Shown: positions 1 to 10,970, counted from the first letter of the stretch. The stretch is DNA of 64,000 nucleotides from Rhodobacteraceae bacterium UBA6213 (GCA_002421605.1 DISJ01000009.1:125326-189325), one strand, 5' to 3'. Translations and numbers: made by a program. Notes: generated from the letters alone by a model not told the origin.

Positions 1-282
1 GTCATCTATGACACCCAGGCGGAATGGTTTGGCGACGGCGCCGAGGCAACGATCATTAACAACCTCATCAAGATCGGCCTGAAATCAGGTCTGTCGCAAG
101 AGGCGGTCAACGCTTGCGTTGCTGATAATGCGCGGGCCGAAGCGATGGTCGCAAACTACCTTGCGCGCGCCGGGGCCGACGATGTCAACGCAACGCCCAC
201 GCTGTTTGTGAATGGCGTGAAGTATTCCAACATGGCCTACGCAGATCTCAAGAAAATTATCGACGCCGAACTGGCTAAGTAA
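1..282 (+). CDS. DsbA-like thiol:disulfide oxidoreductase, C-terminal fragment (5' end outside window)
   Basis: Frame 1 is open from base 1 to TAA at 280-282. It is absent from the ORF track because it has no Met. The translation ...DDVNATPTLFVNGVKYSNMAYADLKKIIDAELAK resembles DsbA-family C-termini. Confidence 0.55.
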   Translation, partial: VIYDTQAEWFGDGAEATIINNLIKIGLKSGLSQEAVNACVADNARAEAMVANYLARAGADDVNATPTLFVNGVKYSNMAYADLKKIIDAELAK

Positions 283-284
283 GC

Positions 285-1421
285 ATGACGCCGCTTGCCG
301 GGTTAAAAGTCGTTGAACTCGCCAGAATTCTTGCCGGGCCATGGGCCGGGCAAATTTTGGCAGATCTCGGCGCTGATGTGATTAAGGTTGAGGCACCCGA
401 AGGCGATGATACTCGCCGTTGGGGGCCACCGTTTCTGACCCACCAAGGCGAAGAGGCAGCGGCCTATTTTCATGCCACAAATCGGGGAAAACGCTCCGTC
501 GTGTGTGATTTTCGCACGCCCGATGGGCAAGCCTTCGTGCGCGACCTGATCGCAGATGCTGATGTAGTGATCGAAAACTTCAAGGTGGGCGGGTTGGCCA
601 AATACGGGCTCGACTATGCCAGTTTAAGCGCGCTGAACCCGCGTTTGATTTACTGCTCGATCACCGGTTTTGGGCAAGATGGCCCCTATGCCGAGCGCGC
701 GGGCTACGATTATATCATCCAAGGCATGTCGGGGCTGATGAGCGTTACTGGCGACCCTGCGGGGCAACCGCAAAAGGTGGGCGTAGCAGTGGTGGACGTG
801 TTCACCGGCGTTTACGCCAGCACAGCCATTCTTGCCGCCCTGCATCAGCGCGCTGCCACCGGAGCCGGGCAGATGATCGACATGGCGCTATTTGATGTGG
901 CGACATCAGTGATGGCCAATCAGGCGATGAACTACCTCGCCACCGGCACCTCGCCGCGCAGATTGGGCAATGCGCACCCCAACCTTGTGCCCTACGCGGT
1001 GTTTCCTTGTGCCGATGGTCACCTGATTCTTGCCACCGGTAACGATGCGCAATACCGACGACTTTGCCAAATTCTGAAACTTCCGGACATTGCAGAGGCA
1101 GCGCCGTACAGTACGAACGCCAACCGAATCGATAACCGCGATGCGCTGACCGATCTGATCGCAGCGGCGACGCAAAATTGGCAAAAGGCCGATCTTTTGG
1201 CCGCCTGCGAAGCTGTTGGCGTGCCCGCCGGGCCGATCAACGAAATGGCGGAGGTTTTTGACGATCCGCAAATCGTTGCGCGCGGCATGAAGATTGCGCC
1301 GGGTGGGGTGCCGGGGGTGCGTTTGCCAGTTCGTTTTTCGGGGGCGGAGCTGGCGCTTGATCGCCCTTCGCCCCGGCTGGGCGAGCATGACCGAGAAGTG
1401 CGTGATGGCCTAAAGCCCTAG
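285..1421 (+). CDS. Family III (CaiB/BaiF-type) CoA-transferase
   Basis: 378-aa ORF. The N-terminus [43 protein letters not shown] is the typical CaiB/BaiF signature. Confidence 0.85.
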   Translation: MTPLAGLKVVELARILAGPWAGQILADLGADVIKVEAPEGDDTRRWGPPFLTHQGEEAAAYFHATNRGKRSVVCDFRTPDGQAFVRDLIADADVVIENFKVGGLAKYGLDYASLSALNPRLIYCSITGFGQDGPYAERAGYDYIIQGMSGLMSVTGDPAGQPQKVGVAVVDVFTGVYASTAILAALHQRAATGAGQMIDMALFDVATSVMANQAMNYLATGTSPRRLGNAHPNLVPYAVFPCADGHLILATGNDAQYRRLCQILKLPDIAEAAPYSTNANRIDNRDALTDLIAAATQNWQKADLLAACEAVGVPAGPINEMAEVFDDPQIVARGMKIAPGGVPGVRLPVRFSGAELALDRPSPRLGEHDREVRDGLKP

Positions 1422-2405
1422 CTGCGCCAGTGCCGCATTAAGCGGCGCAGGATCGGCCAACTTCAATCGTACCGGAAGCGACAGAACCTTGGGGCGAAAT
1501 GCCGGCGGCAAGCGCACCGCATCCTTTTCGGTCGTAACCAGTTGTGCGCCGCACAGACGCGACTCGGTTTCCAGCCGGGACAGCAACGCGGGGCTGAAAG
1601 GCTGATGATCTTCCAGCGCCTCGCCGCGCAGCACTTCGGCACCAAGCGCGCGCAACGTGGCAAAAAACTTTTCCGGGTGGCCAATACCTGCAAAGGCCAG
1701 CACCCGCAGCCCGGCCCAATCCATCCCCGTTTCCAACGGCATGAGTGCACCGCGCAGATGCGGCACGCCGATTTGTCCGCACCAGCGCGCAGAAAATGTT
1801 GCCTGCGCAGTGTCCGGGCCGATCGATAGCACAAGATCAGCGCGCCCCAGCCCCGTCACCACCGGCTCGCGCAGCGGGCCGGCAGGCAAGCAGCGGCCGT
1901 TGCCAAAACCCTTCACGGCGTCAACGACCACAATTGACAAATCCTTGCGTAGCGCCGGGTTCTGGTGCGCGTCGTCTAGCACCAGCGCCTGCGCCCCGGC
2001 AGCGACCGCCGCCAGCGCGCCCGCTACCCGGTCACGCGCCACCCATGTGGGGGTGAAAACGGACAGCAGTAGCGGCTCGTCTCCGACGTCGTCGGCAGTA
2101 TGGCTGCGCTCTGATACCTGTATTGGCCCTTTGGCGCGCCCACCGTAGCCGCGGCTAATTATATGCGCGTTTACACCACGCGCGGCCAGATGCTGCACCA
2201 GTGCAATCACCGTAGGGGTTTTGCCGGTGCCGCCCACGTTGAGGTTTCCAACTGAAATCACCGGCACCCCCGCCGCGAGGCCCGCGCCCGATTGCGCGAG
2301 CCGACGCGCTGTCGCTGCGGCGTAAAGCGCGCCGAGTGGGGCCAGCAGCCGCGCGGCGACTGCCGGGCTGTTTGGCGATGTGAACCAAAATTGCGGGGCT
2401 CGCAT
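1410..2405 (-). CDS. lpxK: Tetraacyldisaccharide 4'-kinase
   Basis: P-loop [13 protein letters not shown] and N-terminus MRAPQFWF. The ATG at 2405 overlaps the waaA stop (TGATG). The track start at 2408 is a TTG one codon upstream. Confidence 0.85.
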   Translation of the reverse strand: MRAPQFWFTSPNSPAVAARLLAPLGALYAAATARRLAQSGAGLAAGVPVISVGNLNVGGTGKTPTVIALVQHLAARGVNAHIISRGYGGRAKGPIQVSERSHTADDVGDEPLLLSVFTPTWVARDRVAGALAAVAAGAQALVLDDAHQNPALRKDLSIVVVDAVKGFGNGRCLPAGPLREPVVTGLGRADLVLSIGPDTAQATFSARWCGQIGVPHLRGALMPLETGMDWAGLRVLAFAGIGHPEKFFATLRALGAEVLRGEALEDHQPFSPALLSRLETESRLCGAQLVTTEKDAVRLPPAFRPKVLSLPVRLKLADPAPLNAALAQLGL

Positions 2406-3670
2406 CAATCCTGCCCTCGATCTTTGCGCGCCCTTGCAGCGTCAAGCTCGGCCAACAAGCGGCGCGCTACCTGGTCTGCCACACCCGCATGCCCCGAAAT
2501 CATAGCCCAAGCATTATGCGCCAGCGCCGCCACCCGGTCGGGCGCAATCAATTCTGCCACCACATCGGCCAATGCCGCGGGCGACGTGACCAGTCGGCAC
2601 GCACCCGCATCGGCCAAGCGTGCATAATCGTCTGCGTGCGGTCCTGTTGCGGGGCCGTGCACAACAGCGGAACCCAGCGCCGCAGCCTCCAGAGGCGAGC
2701 GTGTGGCACGGCCTGCGTTCAGCGTGCCGCCCATCCATGTCAGCGGCGCCAGTCGATACCAAAGCCCAAGCTCGCGCTCGTCTTCGACAATCAGCACCTG
2801 CACATCATCCTCTGGTTCTTCTTCAGCGGCGCGCCACGCGGCGCGGTGGCCACGCGATGCGAGTTCGACGGCGATTTGTTCAGCGCGCCCGGGACCTTCT
2901 GGCATCAGCACCAGCAGCATCCGATGCGCGCGCAGCAGCGCCTTTTCATGGGCGGCCAGCACGGCGCCCTCTTCCGCTTCGGGCACGGCCACGGCAAACC
3001 ATAGCGGGCGTGACTGCAATTGCTGCGCCAACGCCGCGCGTTCGGCTTCGGTACAGGGCAAAGGCTCTACCGGTTCTCGGATCGGGCCAGAAACAACAAC
3101 TGCGGCGGGCGAAACCCCCATCCTCTCAAGCCATGCAGCGCTGGCCTTGTCGGGTGCCATTGCGACATCGAAGCGCGCATAAACCGCGCGCGCAATAGCC
3201 CGCCACCAAAGCCGTGAAAGCGCGCGCAGGCCTCCAAGTTGCGGTGATCGTGCTTCTAACAACGCAAGCGTCACACTCTGCGCTGATGCTTCGGATATCA
3301 ACGCGGTGGGCAAAGCGTTAGGCGGCGGCGCACCGAGCAGCACGACTAGCGTGGGGCGCCATGCCGACAGCATCGCCCGCGCGGCGAGCACGGTATCGAC
3401 AGGTGCCGACTGGCGCAGTGCACCCGCCGGCAGCGCCATCGTATCGGGTGCGCCACTGACCAAGACGCTCAAGTCTGGTCGAAGCCGCGCCAGCGTGCGC
3501 ATCAACTGCTGCGCCGCAATTGCCGATTCTGGCGTCGCAATATGCAGCCAGAGCAACGCACCCTCTGGTCGCTCAACCGCCGGTGCGTTTAGCGCTGGTC
3601 GCGGCGGCGCACCAGATGTTCGTAAGCGCAAATGTAGCCAGAGGGCAAATGAACGCGGCATGTTCGGCAC
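2405..3670 (-). CDS. waaA: 3-deoxy-D-manno-octulosonic acid (Kdo) transferase
   Basis: 421-aa ORF immediately upstream of, and coupled to, lpxK, which is the conserved waaA-lpxK pairing. It has a glycosyltransferase-like C-terminal half. The start is GTG 3670 or ATG 3661. Confidence 0.75.
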   Translation of the reverse strand: MPNMPRSFALWLHLRLRTSGAPPRPALNAPAVERPEGALLWLHIATPESAIAAQQLMRTLARLRPDLSVLVSGAPDTMALPAGALRQSAPVDTVLAARAMLSAWRPTLVVLLGAPPPNALPTALISEASAQSVTLALLEARSPQLGGLRALSRLWWRAIARAVYARFDVAMAPDKASAAWLERMGVSPAAVVVSGPIREPVEPLPCTEAERAALAQQLQSRPLWFAVAVPEAEEGAVLAAHEKALLRAHRMLLVLMPEGPGRAEQIAVELASRGHRAAWRAAEEEPEDDVQVLIVEDERELGLWYRLAPLTWMGGTLNAGRATRSPLEAAALGSAVVHGPATGPHADDYARLADAGACRLVTSPAALADVVAELIAPDRVAALAHNAWAMISGHAGVADQVARRLLAELDAARARKDRGQD

Positions 3671-3799
3671 TGTTCAGAGATCGAACGCGGGGTGAATGCG
3701 TTGCGCCATTGGGTTTCCTTCAATCGCCGGGCCGGTCGAGCGAACCTATGCGATGCGGACGGGGTTCTCAAGCCGGGCGCGGCAGGCTATCGGAGACAC

Positions 3800-4894
3800 A
3801 TGAGCAAGAGCCTTGTTGAAATCTATGATGGTCTGGTTGCAGCGGGCACGCTGCATGCTGATCCGGCGCAGCGCGCCGCCTTGCCGCTGTTGGAGGCGGT
3901 ACGAAAATCGCTTGCGGCAAAGTCGCGCCCACGCGCAGGCGGCCTGCGCGCCATGCTCGCACGCCAATCGCCCCAAACGAAGGCCAAGGGGGTTTACCTC
4001 TGGGGTGGGGTCGGGCGCGGTAAGTCGATGCTGATGGACCTTTTCTTTGCGAATGTATCCACCCCTGCCAAGCGGCGCGTGCATTTTCATGGATTCATGC
4101 AAGAAGTTCAGGCGAAGCTTCACGATTTGCGCAAGACCGAACTGCAAGATGTAATTCGCCCCGTGGCCGAAGCCATTGGCGCCAACGTGCGGCTGCTCTG
4201 CTTTGACGAAATGCAGATCGGCGACATTGCCGACGCGATGATCGTCGGGCGACTGTTTCAATACTTAGACGAACTAGGCGTAGTGGTGGTGACGACCTCA
4301 AACCGCGCACCCGACGATCTTTACCGCAACGGGTTGAACCGCGCCCTTTTCCTGCCCTTTATCGCGATGCTGCAGGCGCGGCTGACGGTGCACGAGCTGG
4401 AAAGCGAAACCGATTATCGCCAGCACCGACTAGCTGGGGCGCAAGTCTATTTCACGCCCGCAGACGCACGCGCCGAAACTGCGATGCAAAAGATGTGGGA
4501 TGACTTGACCGGCGCAAGTCCGGGCACGCCTCTGCGTCTGACGCTATTGGGGCGCGAACTGGTGATAGAGCACCACCACGCAGGGGTCGCGCGCGTCAGT
4601 TTCTGGGATTTGTGCGCCCGCCCGCTGGGCCCGGCAGATTATCTCGCACTTGCGGGGGCGGTGCGGGTGCTGATGATCGACCAGATCCCACTGCTTTCGG
4701 CGGCCAATTTCAACGAGGCCAAGCGATTCGTGACGCTGATTGATTCCGCCTATGAGGCAAAGCTGCGCTTGATCTGCTCTGCCGCAGCTTTGCCCGAACA
4801 GCTTTATATCGAAGGCGAAGGGGCTTTTGAATTTGCCCGCACCGCCAGCCGCCTGCGCGAGATGCAGGCCGTCGATTGGGCGCCACGCACCTAG
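3800..4894 (+). CDS. zapE: AFG1-family ATPase / cell division protein ZapE
   Basis: Walker A GVYLWGGVGRGKSMLMD and Walker B LLCFDEMQ. I chose the ATG at 3800 (MSKSLVEIYDG...) rather than the track start at 3692. Confidence 0.8.
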   Translation: MSKSLVEIYDGLVAAGTLHADPAQRAALPLLEAVRKSLAAKSRPRAGGLRAMLARQSPQTKAKGVYLWGGVGRGKSMLMDLFFANVSTPAKRRVHFHGFMQEVQAKLHDLRKTELQDVIRPVAEAIGANVRLLCFDEMQIGDIADAMIVGRLFQYLDELGVVVVTTSNRAPDDLYRNGLNRALFLPFIAMLQARLTVHELESETDYRQHRLAGAQVYFTPADARAETAMQKMWDDLTGASPGTPLRLTLLGRELVIEHHHAGVARVSFWDLCARPLGPADYLALAGAVRVLMIDQIPLLSAANFNEAKRFVTLIDSAYEAKLRLICSAAALPEQLYIEGEGAFEFARTASRLREMQAVDWAPRT

Positions 4895-6162
4895 CTGTTT
4901 TCGCGCAGCACGCCCCCGGCAAGGTAGAGCGAGCCGCAGATCAGAATCCGCACGCGGGGTTCGGTGGCCGCAATCACCTGCACCGCCGCAAGCACGCTAT
5001 CGGCGGTATTGGCGGCTATGCCCGCGGCCCTTGCTGCTGCCTGTGTTTCGGCGGCACTAAGCGTGTTCGGCTCGCCCGGAATTGAAACGGCGGTAAGCGT
5101 GGTTGCCTGTGCGGCGAGAGGGCGCAAGTAGCCTGCGATGTCTTTGGTGTTCAACATGCCGACAACAAGATGCGTCGGCCGGCGCGGCATCCTTGCCAGC
5201 GTCGCCGCAATTGCCTGCCCGCCTGCCGGGTTGTGGCCACCGTCAAGCCAAAGCTCGGCCTGCGGGGCCGCTTCCACCAGTGGGCCGCGCGTTAGGCGCT
5301 GCATCCGCGCGGGCCACTCGGCGCGCGAGACTGCGGCTTCGCATGCCGCGGTGTCAAACTCCAGGTAGCGCAGCGCGGCAATGGCGGCGCCAGCATTTTC
5401 GATCTGATGCGGGCCGGGCAGGTTTGGAAGCGGCAAGTCAAGCAATCCCGTCTCATCTTGAAAGATCAGGCGACCGCGCTCTTCAAATGTCTGCCAATGT
5501 TGCCCGTGCACCAGAAGCGGGCTACCCAACCGGGCGGCGCGCGCCTCGATCACCGCTAGCGCATCGGGGGCTTGCGGGCCGACCACGCAAGGTACGCCGC
5601 GCTTTAGGATGCCAGCTTTCTCGCCAGCAATCTCGGGTAAGGTTTCGCCAAGATATTGCTGATGGTCGATCGAAACCGGCGTGATGACGCACAGGGCCGG
5701 GCGGGCGAGCACATTGGTCGCATCAAGCCTGCCGCCAAGGCCGACCTCAAGTAGAGTGTAGTCAGCGGGCGTGCGCGCAAAGGCAAGGAACGCCGCGCAA
5801 GTAGTGATCTCGAAAAAGGTGATCGGCTGGCCGAGGTTTGCATGTTCGCTTTCATCAAGCAGCGCGGCTAGTTGCGGCTCGGGTATGATTTTCCCGGCAA
5901 TGCGGATGCGTTCGTGAAACCGGGCAAGATGCGGCGAGGTATAGGCGTGCACGGCTTTGCCCGCAGCCTCCATGCCTGCGCGCAACATCGCTTGGGTCGA
6001 GCCTTTGCCATTCGTGCCCGCAATATGGATAACCGGCGGAATTGCAGCTTCCGGATGGCCCAAGGCCGCCAGAAGCCGCTCGACCCGATCCAGCGTGAGG
6101 TCGATGATCTTCGGATGAAGCGTCATCAGGCGGGTCAGAATTTCGTCGGATGGCTGGGGCAT
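4891..6162 (-). CDS. folC: Bifunctional folylpolyglutamate synthase / dihydrofolate synthase
   Basis: Mur-ligase P-loop HIAGTNGKGST. It lies downstream of accD, as in the classical accD-folC arrangement. Confidence 0.85.
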   Translation of the reverse strand: MPQPSDEILTRLMTLHPKIIDLTLDRVERLLAALGHPEAAIPPVIHIAGTNGKGSTQAMLRAGMEAAGKAVHAYTSPHLARFHERIRIAGKIIPEPQLAALLDESEHANLGQPITFFEITTCAAFLAFARTPADYTLLEVGLGGRLDATNVLARPALCVITPVSIDHQQYLGETLPEIAGEKAGILKRGVPCVVGPQAPDALAVIEARAARLGSPLLVHGQHWQTFEERGRLIFQDETGLLDLPLPNLPGPHQIENAGAAIAALRYLEFDTAACEAAVSRAEWPARMQRLTRGPLVEAAPQAELWLDGGHNPAGGQAIAATLARMPRRPTHLVVGMLNTKDIAGYLRPLAAQATTLTAVSIPGEPNTLSAAETQAAARAAGIAANTADSVLAAVQVIAATEPRVRILICGSLYLAGGVLRENS

Positions 6163-6255
6163 CGCAGGGTTCCGGCTAAGGGAGAAGGGGGACTTTGGCC
6201 CCCGCTTGCACTGGCACGCAATGCGTCCCCAGAGGGGTTTTTGGTAAATGAAGGC

Positions 6256-7152
6256 TTAAGGGGTGGCGGCGCGGGGGGCGGGCAAATCGGCAACGATAGC
6301 CGGGGGCAGGCGCAGCATCTGGCGCAGGATGGTAATGAGTTCGCTGCGCATGTTCTTGCGGTGTGTCACGCGGTCAAGCATGCCGTGGTCAAGCAGGTAT
6401 TCGGCGCGTTGAAAGCCCTCGGGCAGTTTTTCGCGGATCGTCTGTTCGATCACACGCGGCCCCGCGAAACAGATCAATGCGTTGGGTTCGGCAATTTGAA
6501 CATCGCCCAACATGGCATAAGAGGCGGTGACGCCGCCGGTCGTTGGGTGGGTGAGCACAACGATATAGGGAAGGCGCGCTTCTTTCAGCATCTGCACTGC
6601 CACGGTGGTGCGCGGCATTTGCATGAGGCTCAGAATCCCTTCCTGCATACGTGCACCGCCCGCCGCAGAAAACAGCACCAAGGGACGCTTGAGCTTTACT
6701 GCGCGCTCGGCTGCGGCGACAATTGCGTTGCCCACATACATGCCCATCGAGCCGCCCATAAAGGCAAAGTCCTGCGCTGCGGCAACAATCGGCGTGCGCC
6801 CAATTTCGCCTTCAACAACCAGCATCGCCTCTTTTTCGCCGGTTGCTTTCTGCGCGGCTTTCACGCGGTCTGGATATTTCTTCTGGTCGCGAAAGCTGAG
6901 CGGGTCTTGCACCGGGTCTGGCACAGCCACCTCGACAAAGCTGCCAGCATCAAACAGCGCATAAAAGCGATCACGCGGGCTAAGCGCCATGTGGTGATCA
7001 CAAGACGTGCAGACGTTGAGGTTTTCGCTCAACTCGCGGTGAAACAGCATGGTCCCGCATTCGGGGCACTTGGTCCACAGATTCTCGGGCACCTCGCGGC
7101 GCGAAAACAGCGAGTTGATCTTTGGCCGGACGTAGTTCGAGATCCAGTTCAT
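6256..7152 (-). CDS. accD: Acetyl-CoA carboxylase carboxyltransferase beta subunit
   Basis: N-terminal zinc ribbon [26 protein letters not shown] followed by a crotonase-like domain. I chose the ATG at 7152 ([11 protein letters not shown]). Confidence 0.9.
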   Translation of the reverse strand: MNWISNYVRPKINSLFSRREVPENLWTKCPECGTMLFHRELSENLNVCTSCDHHMALSPRDRFYALFDAGSFVEVAVPDPVQDPLSFRDQKKYPDRVKAAQKATGEKEAMLVVEGEIGRTPIVAAAQDFAFMGGSMGMYVGNAIVAAAERAVKLKRPLVLFSAAGGARMQEGILSLMQMPRTTVAVQMLKEARLPYIVVLTHPTTGGVTASYAMLGDVQIAEPNALICFAGPRVIEQTIREKLPEGFQRAEYLLDHGMLDRVTHRKNMRSELITILRQMLRLPPAIVADLPAPRAATP

Positions 7153-7319
7153 CGGCGGTGCCCCCGTGACGTCACGTCGGGGTGAAATAGTCCTGCGGCG
7201 CGCGAAATGCAATCGCTCTGCAACTGCCGCCTTGCGCGCCGCATTCTGGCACGATGGGCCATGCGCAATATCTTCCCCGGGGTTGCACGAACGCTTCCAA
7301 GCGTTTCAACCGCATATCT

Positions 7320-7328
7320 TGTGGATAA
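7320..7328 (+). promoter_or_regulatory. Consensus DnaA box TGTGGATAA (TTATCCACA on the other strand)
   Basis: Exact 9/9 match, read directly, in the accD-smc divergent intergenic region. It lies 35 bp upstream of a TTGACA hexamer (7363-7368). Function is untested. Confidence 0.35.
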
Positions 7329-7431
7329 CACGCCGGATTCCGCCAGATGCTGCGCGCGGCGGTTGACAGGGCGGCCTATCGTGCCAAGTATTTCCTGCCG
7401 GGTAGATACACCGGTGCAAAGGATCAACGGT

Positions 7432-10400
7432 TTGCGGTTCACCCGGCTTCGCCTCAACGGCTTCAAAAGCTTTGTCGACCCGACCGACCTTGTCATTCAG
7501 GACGGGTTGACCGGCGTTGTCGGACCGAACGGTTGCGGCAAATCGAATCTGCTTGAGGCGCTGCGCTGGGTGATGGGAGAAACCCGCCCAACCGTGATGC
7601 GCGGCGAAGGCATGGAAGACGTGATCTTTGCTGGTGCCGCCTCGCGCACTTCCCGCTCTTTTGCCGAAGTGTCGCTTTCGCTCGACAATAGCGAGCGGCT
7701 GGCGCCTTCAGGTTTCAACGATGCCGATACAATCGAAATCGCGCGGCGCATCACCCGCGACTCGGGTTCGGCCTACCGGGTCAACACCCGTGAAGTACGC
7801 GCGCGCGATGTGCAAATGCTGTTTGCCGATGCCTCGACAGGGGCACATTCACCCGCGCTGGTGCGGCAGGGGCAGATTTCCGAGCTGATTAACGCCAAGC
7901 CACGCGCGCGGCGGCTGATTCTTGAAGAAGCCGCAGGAATCTCGGGGCTTTATCAGCGCCGCCACGAGGCCGAGTTGAAGCTGAGTGGTGCCGAGGCAAA
8001 TCTGCTGCGAGTCGATGACGTCGTCGAGCAACTGGCGCAACAGCTCGCGTCGTTGATGCGCCAAGCGCGGGCCGCCGCGCGTTACCGCGAAATTGGCACC
8101 GAATTGCGGCGCGCCGAGGGGATCTTGCTATATCTGCGCTGGCGCGGCGCGGCAGAGCAACTTGTCGAAGCTGACGCGGCGTTGACCGCGGCAAGCCTAG
8201 CTGCGGGGCGCGCAGAGGTCGCAGCGCGAACGGCCACCCGGGGCCGCGAAACCCGCGAGCAAGCACTACCACCGCTGCGCGAAGAAGAGGCGGTGTCTGG
8301 CACGATTCTGCAGCGCTTACTGCTGCAACGTGATGCACTAGGCGTGCAGGTGGCCGAGGCAGAGGCGCGCATTGCAGGCCTGAAAGCACAGTTCTCCCGA
8401 ATCGAGGAAGACGCCGCCCGCGAAGCAGGGTTGAACCGTGATGCGGCAGAAACCATCGCGCGGCTGGAGTGGGAACAGGGTCAGATCGTCAAGGCGGGCG
8501 ATGGCTACGACGCGCGCCTTGAAGCTGCGGCGGTTGGCGCAGCAACGGCGGCGCAAGCCTTGCAAGCGCGCGAAGCCGAGCATGCCGAACTGACCGAAGA
8601 CGCAGCAAGGCTTGCCGCGCGCCATCAATCGGCCGAGCGGCTTTTGTCAGAAGCCCGCGGGGCGGTTGCACGAAACGAAGCCGAAGCAGCGCGCGCGGTG
8701 GCAACTGCCACCGAGGCGCAGAGGTCGCTGGAAAATGCTGGGCAAGATTTTTTGTGGGCCGAGACGGCGCGGATCAGCGCCGACGCAGCAGCGAAGGCCG
8801 CCGAAGCTGCCCTTGGCGCCGCAGAAAACAAGCGCGCCGAGGTGCAGGAACGCGAATCGCGCGCCCGTGCCGCACGTGCCGAAGCCGAGGGCGAGGCGGG
8901 TGCGTTGCGCGCGCAAGCTGCGGCTTTGGCGCGGCTGGTAGAGCGTGAAACCGGGGGCGGCAAGCAGTTGCTTGACCGCGTGCAGGTGGCGCGGGGCTTT
9001 GAGCTTGCACTTGGGGCCGCGCTCTCAGACGATCTTCGCACCAATGAGGCCGCCGAAAATGCCGATAGCGGTTGGGCGACATTGCCGGATTACGCGACCG
9101 TGCAGCCATTGCCTGATGGGGCCAGCCCGCTTGGGGCGCATGTAAAAGCACCTGCGCTGCTCGCGCGGCGATTGGCGCAAATTGGCGTTGTGCCCGACCG
9201 CGTGAGCGGAAAGCGCCTGCAGGCCGCGCTGGCACCGGGCCAGCGGCTGGTGACAGTTGCAGGCGATCTTTGGCGTTGGGACGGGTTGCGTGCGGCGGCC
9301 GAAGACGCGCCTTCGGCAACCGCGTTGCGGCTGCAGCAACTCAACCGGCTTGTCGAGTTGAAGCGCGATCTTGAAGAGGTTTCGGCGCGCGCCACAGGAG
9401 CTGCGCAAGCGCATGAGATGCTGACCCGCGCATTGACCGAAGCAGGCCGCGCCGACAGTGCTGCGCGAGAAGCGCGCCGTGAAGCCGACCGGGCCTTGGC
9501 CGAAGCGGGGCGCGCGCTCAGCCGCGCCGAGTCGGAACGCTCGATTGCCGCCAGCCGACTCGAATCGGCTACTGCCGCGCGCCAGCGCCACGCAGACGAG
9601 GCTTCTGCCGCCGCGTTGCGCGCCACCGAGGCCGAAACGGCACAGACCACTCTACCAAATCTCGACATCGCGCGCGGCGAGGTTGAGCGCGCCAAGCTTT
9701 CGGTCGAGGCGGCGCGGCGCAACATGTTGTCTGAACGCTCAACGCACGAAGACCTGCGGCGCGAGGGCGAGGCGCGCTTGCGCCGACGCCAAGAGATTGT
9801 GCGCGAGGTTTCCGGCTGGCGGCTTCGCCTCGACACCGCGGAAAAGCGCAGCGAAGAGCTTTCGTTGCGACAGCAGGAAACAGAGGCCGCGCTACAGGCT
9901 GCAAAGGCAGCACCTGGCGAGCTCGCCACGCGCCGCGCAGCAATTGACGACGCGATTGCGACCGCCGAGACACGGCGCAAGAAGGCAGCAGAGGCGCTTT
10001 CGGCGGCAGAAGCGGCGTTGCGCGCAGCCAATGACGCAGAACGCGAGGCCGAACGCGCCGCAGGTGAGGCGCGAGAGGCGCGCGCAGCCGCAGCGGCACG
10101 GCGCGATGCTGGGGCGGAATTGGTTGCGTCCGCCGCTGAGCACATTCGCGAAGCCGCCGAAGTAGAACCCGACGATCTGCTCGCGTCGCTCGCCGTTTAT
10201 GCCGCCGACCTGCCCGCGACTGAAGCACTTGAAATCGATTTGGCGCGGCTACGCCGCCAACGCGAGGCGCTCGGCGCGGTCAACTTGCTTGCAGAACAAG
10301 ATGCGCAAGCGGTGAAAAGCGAACATGAAACACTGGTGCAGGAACGCGAAGACCTCGAACAGGCAATTCGCAAGCTACGCGCAGGCATTGGCAGCCTGAA

Positions 10401-10890
10401 CCGCGAAGGCCGTGAACGTTTGCTGACCGCGTTTGAACAGGTCAACGAGAACTTTGGAATGCTGTTCAAGCATCTTTTCGGCGGTGGCGACGCGCGGCTG
10501 CTTCTAGTCGAGTCCGACGACCCGCTGGAGGCTGGGCTTGAAATCATGTGCCAGCCGCCGGGCAAGAAACTTTCATCCATCAGCCTCTTGTCGGGGGGCG
10601 AACAAACATTGACCGCAATGGCGCTGATTTTCGCGGTCTTTCTTGCCAACCCCGCGCCGATCTGCGTGCTAGACGAGGTGGACGCGCCCCTTGATGATGC
10701 CAATGTGACGCGCTTTTGCGACCTGCTCGATGAAATGACGCGGCGCACCGATACGCGGTTTCTAATCATCACGCACCATGCGGTGACAATGGCGCGGATG
10801 GATAGGCTGTTTGGCGTGACCATGATAGAGCAAGGCGTCAGCCAGCTTGTCAGCGTCGATCTGAAACGCGCGGAGTCGCTGATCTCATAG
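7432..10890 (+). CDS. smc: Chromosome segregation protein SMC
   Basis: Walker A GPNGCGKSN, long Ala/Glu/Arg coiled coils, signature LSGGEQ, Walker B CVLDEVDAPLD. A TTG at 7432 gives the typical N-terminus (M)RFTRLRLNGFKSFVD. GTG 7414 is an alternative. The track start at 7207 is probably a spurious extension. Confidence 0.9.
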   Translation: MRFTRLRLNGFKSFVDPTDLVIQDGLTGVVGPNGCGKSNLLEALRWVMGETRPTVMRGEGMEDVIFAGAASRTSRSFAEVSLSLDNSERLAPSGFNDADTIEIARRITRDSGSAYRVNTREVRARDVQMLFADASTGAHSPALVRQGQISELINAKPRARRLILEEAAGISGLYQRRHEAELKLSGAEANLLRVDDVVEQLAQQLASLMRQARAAARYREIGTELRRAEGILLYLRWRGAAEQLVEADAALTAASLAAGRAEVAARTATRGRETREQALPPLREEEAVSGTILQRLLLQRDALGVQVAEAEARIAGLKAQFSRIEEDAAREAGLNRDAAETIARLEWEQGQIVKAGDGYDARLEAAAVGAATAAQALQAREAEHAELTEDAARLAARHQSAERLLSEARGAVARNEAEAARAVATATEAQRSLENAGQDFLWAETARISADAAAKAAEAALGAAENKRAEVQERESRARAARAEAEGEAGALRAQAAALARLVERETGGGKQLLDRVQVARGFELALGAALSDDLRTNEAAENADSGWATLPDYATVQPLPDGASPLGAHVKAPALLARRLAQIGVVPDRVSGKRLQAALAPGQRLVTVAGDLWRWDGLRAAAEDAPSATALRLQQLNRLVELKRDLEEVSARATGAAQAHEMLTRALTEAGRADSAAREARREADRALAEAGRALSRAESERSIAASRLESATAARQRHADEASAAALRATEAETAQTTLPNLDIARGEVERAKLSVEAARRNMLSERSTHEDLRREGEARLRRRQEIVREVSGWRLRLDTAEKRSEELSLRQQETEAALQAAKAAPGELATRRAAIDDAIATAETRRKKAAEALSAAEAALRAANDAEREAERAAGEAREARAAAAARRDAGAELVASAAEHIREAAEVEPDDLLASLAVYAADLPATEALEIDLARLRRQREALGAVNLLAEQDAQAVKSEHETLVQEREDLEQAIRKLRAGIGSLNREGRERLLTAFEQVNENFGMLFKHLFGGGDARLLLVESDDPLEAGLEIMCQPPGKKLSSISLLSGGEQTLTAMALIFAVFLANPAPICVLDEVDAPLDDANVTRFCDLLDEMTRRTDTRFLIITHHAVTMARMDRLFGVTMIEQGVSQLVSVDLKRAESLIS

Positions 10891-10970
10891 CGGTTGCTGC
10901 GCTGCGGCGTCGCTATTCAATGCAACATTGCTGCGCAGCATGATGCAGCATCGACTTCATGGAGAACGAT

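Noticed and set aside
5872-7185. 437-aa ORF on the plus strand, antisense to accD
   Set aside because: It lies entirely within, and opposite to, a gene with unmistakable AccD motifs. Its translation is Arg/Gly/Ala/His-rich with no recognisable motif. This is a typical high-GC shadow ORF.
7207-7431. 75-codon N-terminal extension of smc given by the ORF track (also 13033-13431 for GST, 14514-14594 for peroxiredoxin, 33380-33547 for fliE, 57866-58009 for dxs)
   Set aside because: The extensions are Arg/Cys/Pro-rich and unlike the protein families. Some overlap the neighbouring gene. In each case an internal start gives the canonical N-terminus, often with a visible Shine-Dalgarno sequence.
9090-10145. 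351-aa ORF (and several others from 8082 to 10823) antisense to smc
   Set aside because: The Ala/Ser/Arg low-complexity translations mirror the GC-rich Ala/Glu/Arg coiled-coil codons of smc. There are no start signals or motifs.
10929-10940. 12-bp perfect palindrome TGCTGCGCAGCA upstream of the RidA gene
   Set aside because: It is short, GC-rich and of a type common by chance in this composition. It has no flanking promoter hexamers or partner motif, so I did not think it merited a finding.
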